From the NCBI GenBank assembly GCA_038087875.1, contig CM075987.1, forward strand, positions 26,848,001 to 26,912,000: DNA of 64,000 nucleotides, written 5' to 3'. Positions 60,345 to 64,000 of the stretch are shown here, in pieces. Source of the DNA: Malacoraja senta (taxonomy: Eukaryota). The notes beneath the pieces were generated by a model, which was not told the origin of the DNA, ran no database searches, and saw only the letters and a program-made list of their open reading frames with translations. The position numbers were made by a program, and so were the translations under genes. Numbering within the stretch: position 1 is the first letter of the stretch; each line of letters begins with the position of its first letter.

Positions 60345-60850
60345 AATGATATGGCATGGAAATACGCCCTTCGGCCAACCGAGTCCGTGCCAACAAGCGA
60401 TCCCTGTACATTAGCACTATCCTACTTACTGGTTCTGGTTTTGTTTGATTTCTGCGCAAACTCCTCATCAGTGGTTATCTCGCGCAGGCTTACGTTGGGG
60501 ATAATTTACAATTTACAAAAGACAATTAACCTACAGACTTGTACGTCTTTGGAGTGTGGGAGGAAACTGGAGCACCCGGGGGAAAACCCACGCAGGTCAC
60601 GGGGAGAACGTACAAACTCTGTACAGACAGCGCCCGTAGTCGGGATCGAACCCGGGTCTCTGACGCTGTGAGGCAGCAACTGGGTGGGAGATTGCAACCT
60701 TCACGTGGTCCACCCTGTTTCGACGAAGGCGATCGACCTGGCGTGCACAAATGGAAAATCAAACAAAACAAGTTGTCCTGCAACTTTAGGCTGTGCACGC
60801 CATATGCATGGAGAAGGCAGCAACTCTACCGCTGCGCCACCGTGCCGCCC
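60345..60850 (-). mobile_element. V-SINE carrying the ~135-bp retroposon copy 2 (60682-60814)
   Basis: TSD AGGCAGCAACT (60671-60681 / 60815-60825). Confidence 0.8.
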
Positions 60851-60989
60851 GCTATGGTAGATGGAAAATAAACATGTTCCTTTAATATCCGAACAAGTCC
60901 TGTGGTTGCAAGAATTCAAACTAAAACCAAAAAAATAATGAAGGATCTCGATGAAAAGTTGAGCAGTGGATTTGGGATCTGTGGGTTTT

Positions 60990-61300
60990 TGGGCAGCATG
61001 GTGGCGCAGCGGTAGAGTTGCAGCCTCACAGCGCCAGAGACCCGGGTTCGATCCTGACTACGGGTGCTGTCTGTACAGAGTTTATACGTTCTCCCCGTGA
61101 CCTGCGTGGGTTTTCTCCGGGTGCTCCGGTTTCCTCCCACTCTCCAAAGACGTGCAGGTTTCTAGGTTAATTGGCTTCGGTAAATTGTAAAATTGTCCTA
61201 GGTGTGTATAGGATAATGCTAGTGTGTGTGGAGATCACAGGTCAGCGCGGACTCGGTGGGTCGAAGGGCCTTTTTCCGCGCTGTATCTCTAAACTAAACT
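60990..61300 (+). mobile_element. V-SINE (HE1-like)
   Basis: SINE consensus. Confidence 0.9.
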
Positions 61301-61514
61301 GAAGCATTCATGAACAACTTCTGTTGCCAAGTGAGCTATTGAATCAGTGTGCAGAAGGTGAAATTACCATTTTATCAGCGGGTGTGTTTGGATTTGGTAG
61401 TGTGTACCTATCTGGTAAAATACTTCAATCCTTAGCAACACCAGCCACTTGCTGAGATCTTAAGATGAAGGGTGATTACACAACCAGTGTTACTCTGTCA
61501 CTCAGAGTAAAAGT

Positions 61515-62376
61515 CAGAAGAATAGCCTTTTATTGTCATTCAGGCCGAAGTCTGAACGAAATTGAAGCAGTCGTACATAAAACAACAATAAACACACATT
61601 AACATCCACCACAGTGAGTCCACCCAACATCTCCTCACTGTGATGGAGGCAAAAGTCTTAGGTCTGCAGTCTCTTCCCTCCTCTTCTCCCTCTGCGCTGA
61701 GGCGATACCCCCCGGGCGATGTTTCCCGCGGCTCAAACACCGCAGCCCGGGGTGGTCGAAGCTGCCGCCCACCAGTCCTGCAAACGCAGCCGCTGGCCCA
61801 CGGCCGAACCCCGGACTCAGGCCACCACCGCCAGAACACCATCCCAGCCACCCTCACGTGAGTACCATCTTCAGCCTCGGGCCGGGCCGCCCCGACATGG
61901 GCGCCGCTTCTTCCCCCGGCCGGGCCACCCCGACCTGGGCGCCAAACCTCCCTCGGGCTGCGAGCGCCGCACCTCCCCGAGCTCGGCCGCTCCAACGGGA
62001 GCCTCGTTCCACCCTTGGGCTGGCCGCCCTCACGAGAGCGCCACAACCTCTCACGGGAGCAGTGTTCCAGCCCTGAGCCGGACCACCCTCACGGGAGCGA
62101 GCTCAGGGCGAGTCTTGACAGGCTCTGCCTCCAGAGCCTCGAGGTCATCAACTCCATTTAGGCCTCAACGCAGACGGAGGCAGAGAAGGGGAATACGACA
62201 AAAAAGTCGCATTCCCCCGCAGGGAGAGACTGCAAACCCCGTTACAAACCCCCACCCCCCCAAAACACAAACTAAAAACCAAAAACTAGACTAACCAAAA
62301 CAAAATAAACAACACAAAAAACACAAACAAACAGGACTGCTGATGAGCCGCTGCAGCCAGGGCCGCGCCGTCAGTC
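61515..62376 (-). mobile_element. ~860-bp GC-rich non-autonomous retroposon with Rex1-type 3' tail
   Basis: Minus-strand 3' end ...TTTCGTTCAGACTTCGGCCTGAATGACAATAAAAGGCTATTC; shares its 3' part with 14801-15023; no RT ORF. Confidence 0.7.
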
Positions 62377-63084
62377 ATCAGCCAAAGAGAATTTAGCGCA
62401 CTTAATGTAGACACAAAAAGCTGGCGTAACTCAGTGGGCCAGGCAGCATCTTTGGAGAGAAGGAATGGGTGACGTTTCGGGTCGAGACCCTTCTTCAGAC
62501 TAGTCTGGGGAAGGGGAAACAAGAGATATAGACGATGATGTGGAGAGATATAGAACAAGGAATTTAGCACCCTTAATCCTACCTGCCACAAACTTTAATA
62601 TCAATCCCTCCATCCTCTCTTGTTAAATATTGCTTTATTTAACTTTTATTTCAAAGAGTTACTGGAGTCACTGGAATATCTCAGTGGGCCAGGCAGCATC
62701 TCTGGACATTAGTTTAGTTTAGTTTTGCGATACAGCGCGGAAACAGGCCCTTCGGCCCACCGAGTCCGCACCGGCCAGCGATCCCCGCACACTAACAATA
62801 TCTGACACACACTCGGGACAATTCACATTTATATCAAAGTCAATTAACCTACAAACCTGTACGTCTTTGGAGTGTAGGAGGAAACCAGAGCACCCGGGGA
62901 AAACCCACGCAGTCCCGGGGAGAACATCTTGCAGATGCTAGCATAGACTCAAAGCTTTCAAGGGTCTTTTATTGTCACCTGTACCAATTAAGGTCCAGTG
63001 ATATGCGAATTACCATACAGCCATACAAAAAAAAGCAACAAGACACACAACTACGTAAAAGTTCACATAAACATCCACCATAGA

Positions 63085-63555
63085 GAGATATGGCTTGGAA
63101 ACAGGCCCTTCAGTCCAACTTGCCCACACCGGCCGGCCAACATGTCCCAGCTACACTAGTCCCACCTGCCCACATTTGGTCCATATCCCTCCAAACCTGT
63201 CCTATCCATGTACCTGTTTAAATGTTTCTTAAACATTGGGATAGCCCCAGTCTCAACTACCTCCTCTGGCAGCTTATTCCATACACCCACCACCCTTTGT
63301 GTGAAAAAGTTACCCCTCAGATTCCTATTAAATCTTTTCCCCTTCACCTTAAACCTATGTCTGCTGGTCCTCGATTCACATACTCTGGGCGAGAGACTCT
63401 GTGCGTCCACCCGATCTATTCCTCTCATGATTTTGTACACCTCTATAAGATCACCTCTCATCCTCCTACGCTCCATGGAATAGAGACCCAGCCTGCTCAA
63501 CCTCTCCCTATAGCTCAGACCCTCTAGTCCTGGCAACATCCTCGTGAATCTTGTC
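63085..63555 (-). mobile_element. CR1 LINE 3' fragment
   Basis: RFTRMLPGLEGLSYRERLSRLGLYSMERRRMRGDLIEVYKIM...FFTQRVVGVWNKLPEE. Confidence 0.95.
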
Positions 63556-64000
63556 GGTACAACTATCCAGCTCGGCAACATGGTGGTGTGAATTGGGATT
63601 GGGAATAGTCGGGACTGAACCCGGGTCTCTGGCACCGCGAGGCAGCAACTCTACCGCTGCGCCACCACGCCATCGGTTCCGAGCAGGTTAAACGTCCTGT
63701 TCCAAATACAATATTTTTTTAAATCACTTACAAACTATTGTAAGCAGCCGTGTTATGCAATTCTGACAGTACTTGCCCATCTAGAATCATTGTGGAATTT
63801 TTCTTTCAAGATCCAACCTCCACCATAGAATAAGGCAGCATAAAAGGATTCCATACGCCGCAATGAAAGATCTATTCAACCTGTCCCTCAAATATTTATC
63901 TCTTTCCCCTATTGAAAGCTGCTGTTAGACTCGATTCCATCGCCCGCTCACGCATTTAGTCTCATAACATCGCATCGCGTGGATGGAATACAATTATCTT

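Overview
Vertebrate genomic DNA that is almost entirely intronic/intergenic and dense in transposable elements. The repeat inventory points to a cartilaginous fish, probably a skate or ray; this is an inference from HE1-type V-SINEs and HER1-like CR1 LINEs. I recognise no intact host protein-coding gene, rRNA, tRNA or CRISPR array. Most ORFs in the track are translations of repeats. Retroelement content: more than 20 tRNA-derived V-SINEs; many CR1 3' fragments; Penelope-like (PLE) fragments and short PLE derivatives carrying hammerhead-ribozyme-like cores; Rex1/Babar, L1, L2 and RTE pieces. DNA-transposon content: a set of PIF/Harbinger MITEs with shared termini, a hAT-type MITE, and a 1.76-kb TAG...CTA element (Academ-like) that appears to carry a captured host first exon. 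There is also a structurally complete but inactivated 4.75-kb DIRS1 tyrosine-recombinase retrotransposon (54435-59179) with ITRs, ICR, gag, RT/RNaseH, methyltransferase and YR domains. A 200-N assembly gap lies at 42843-43042. Family names come from recognised motifs, not database searches. Boundaries of degraded repeats are approximate.
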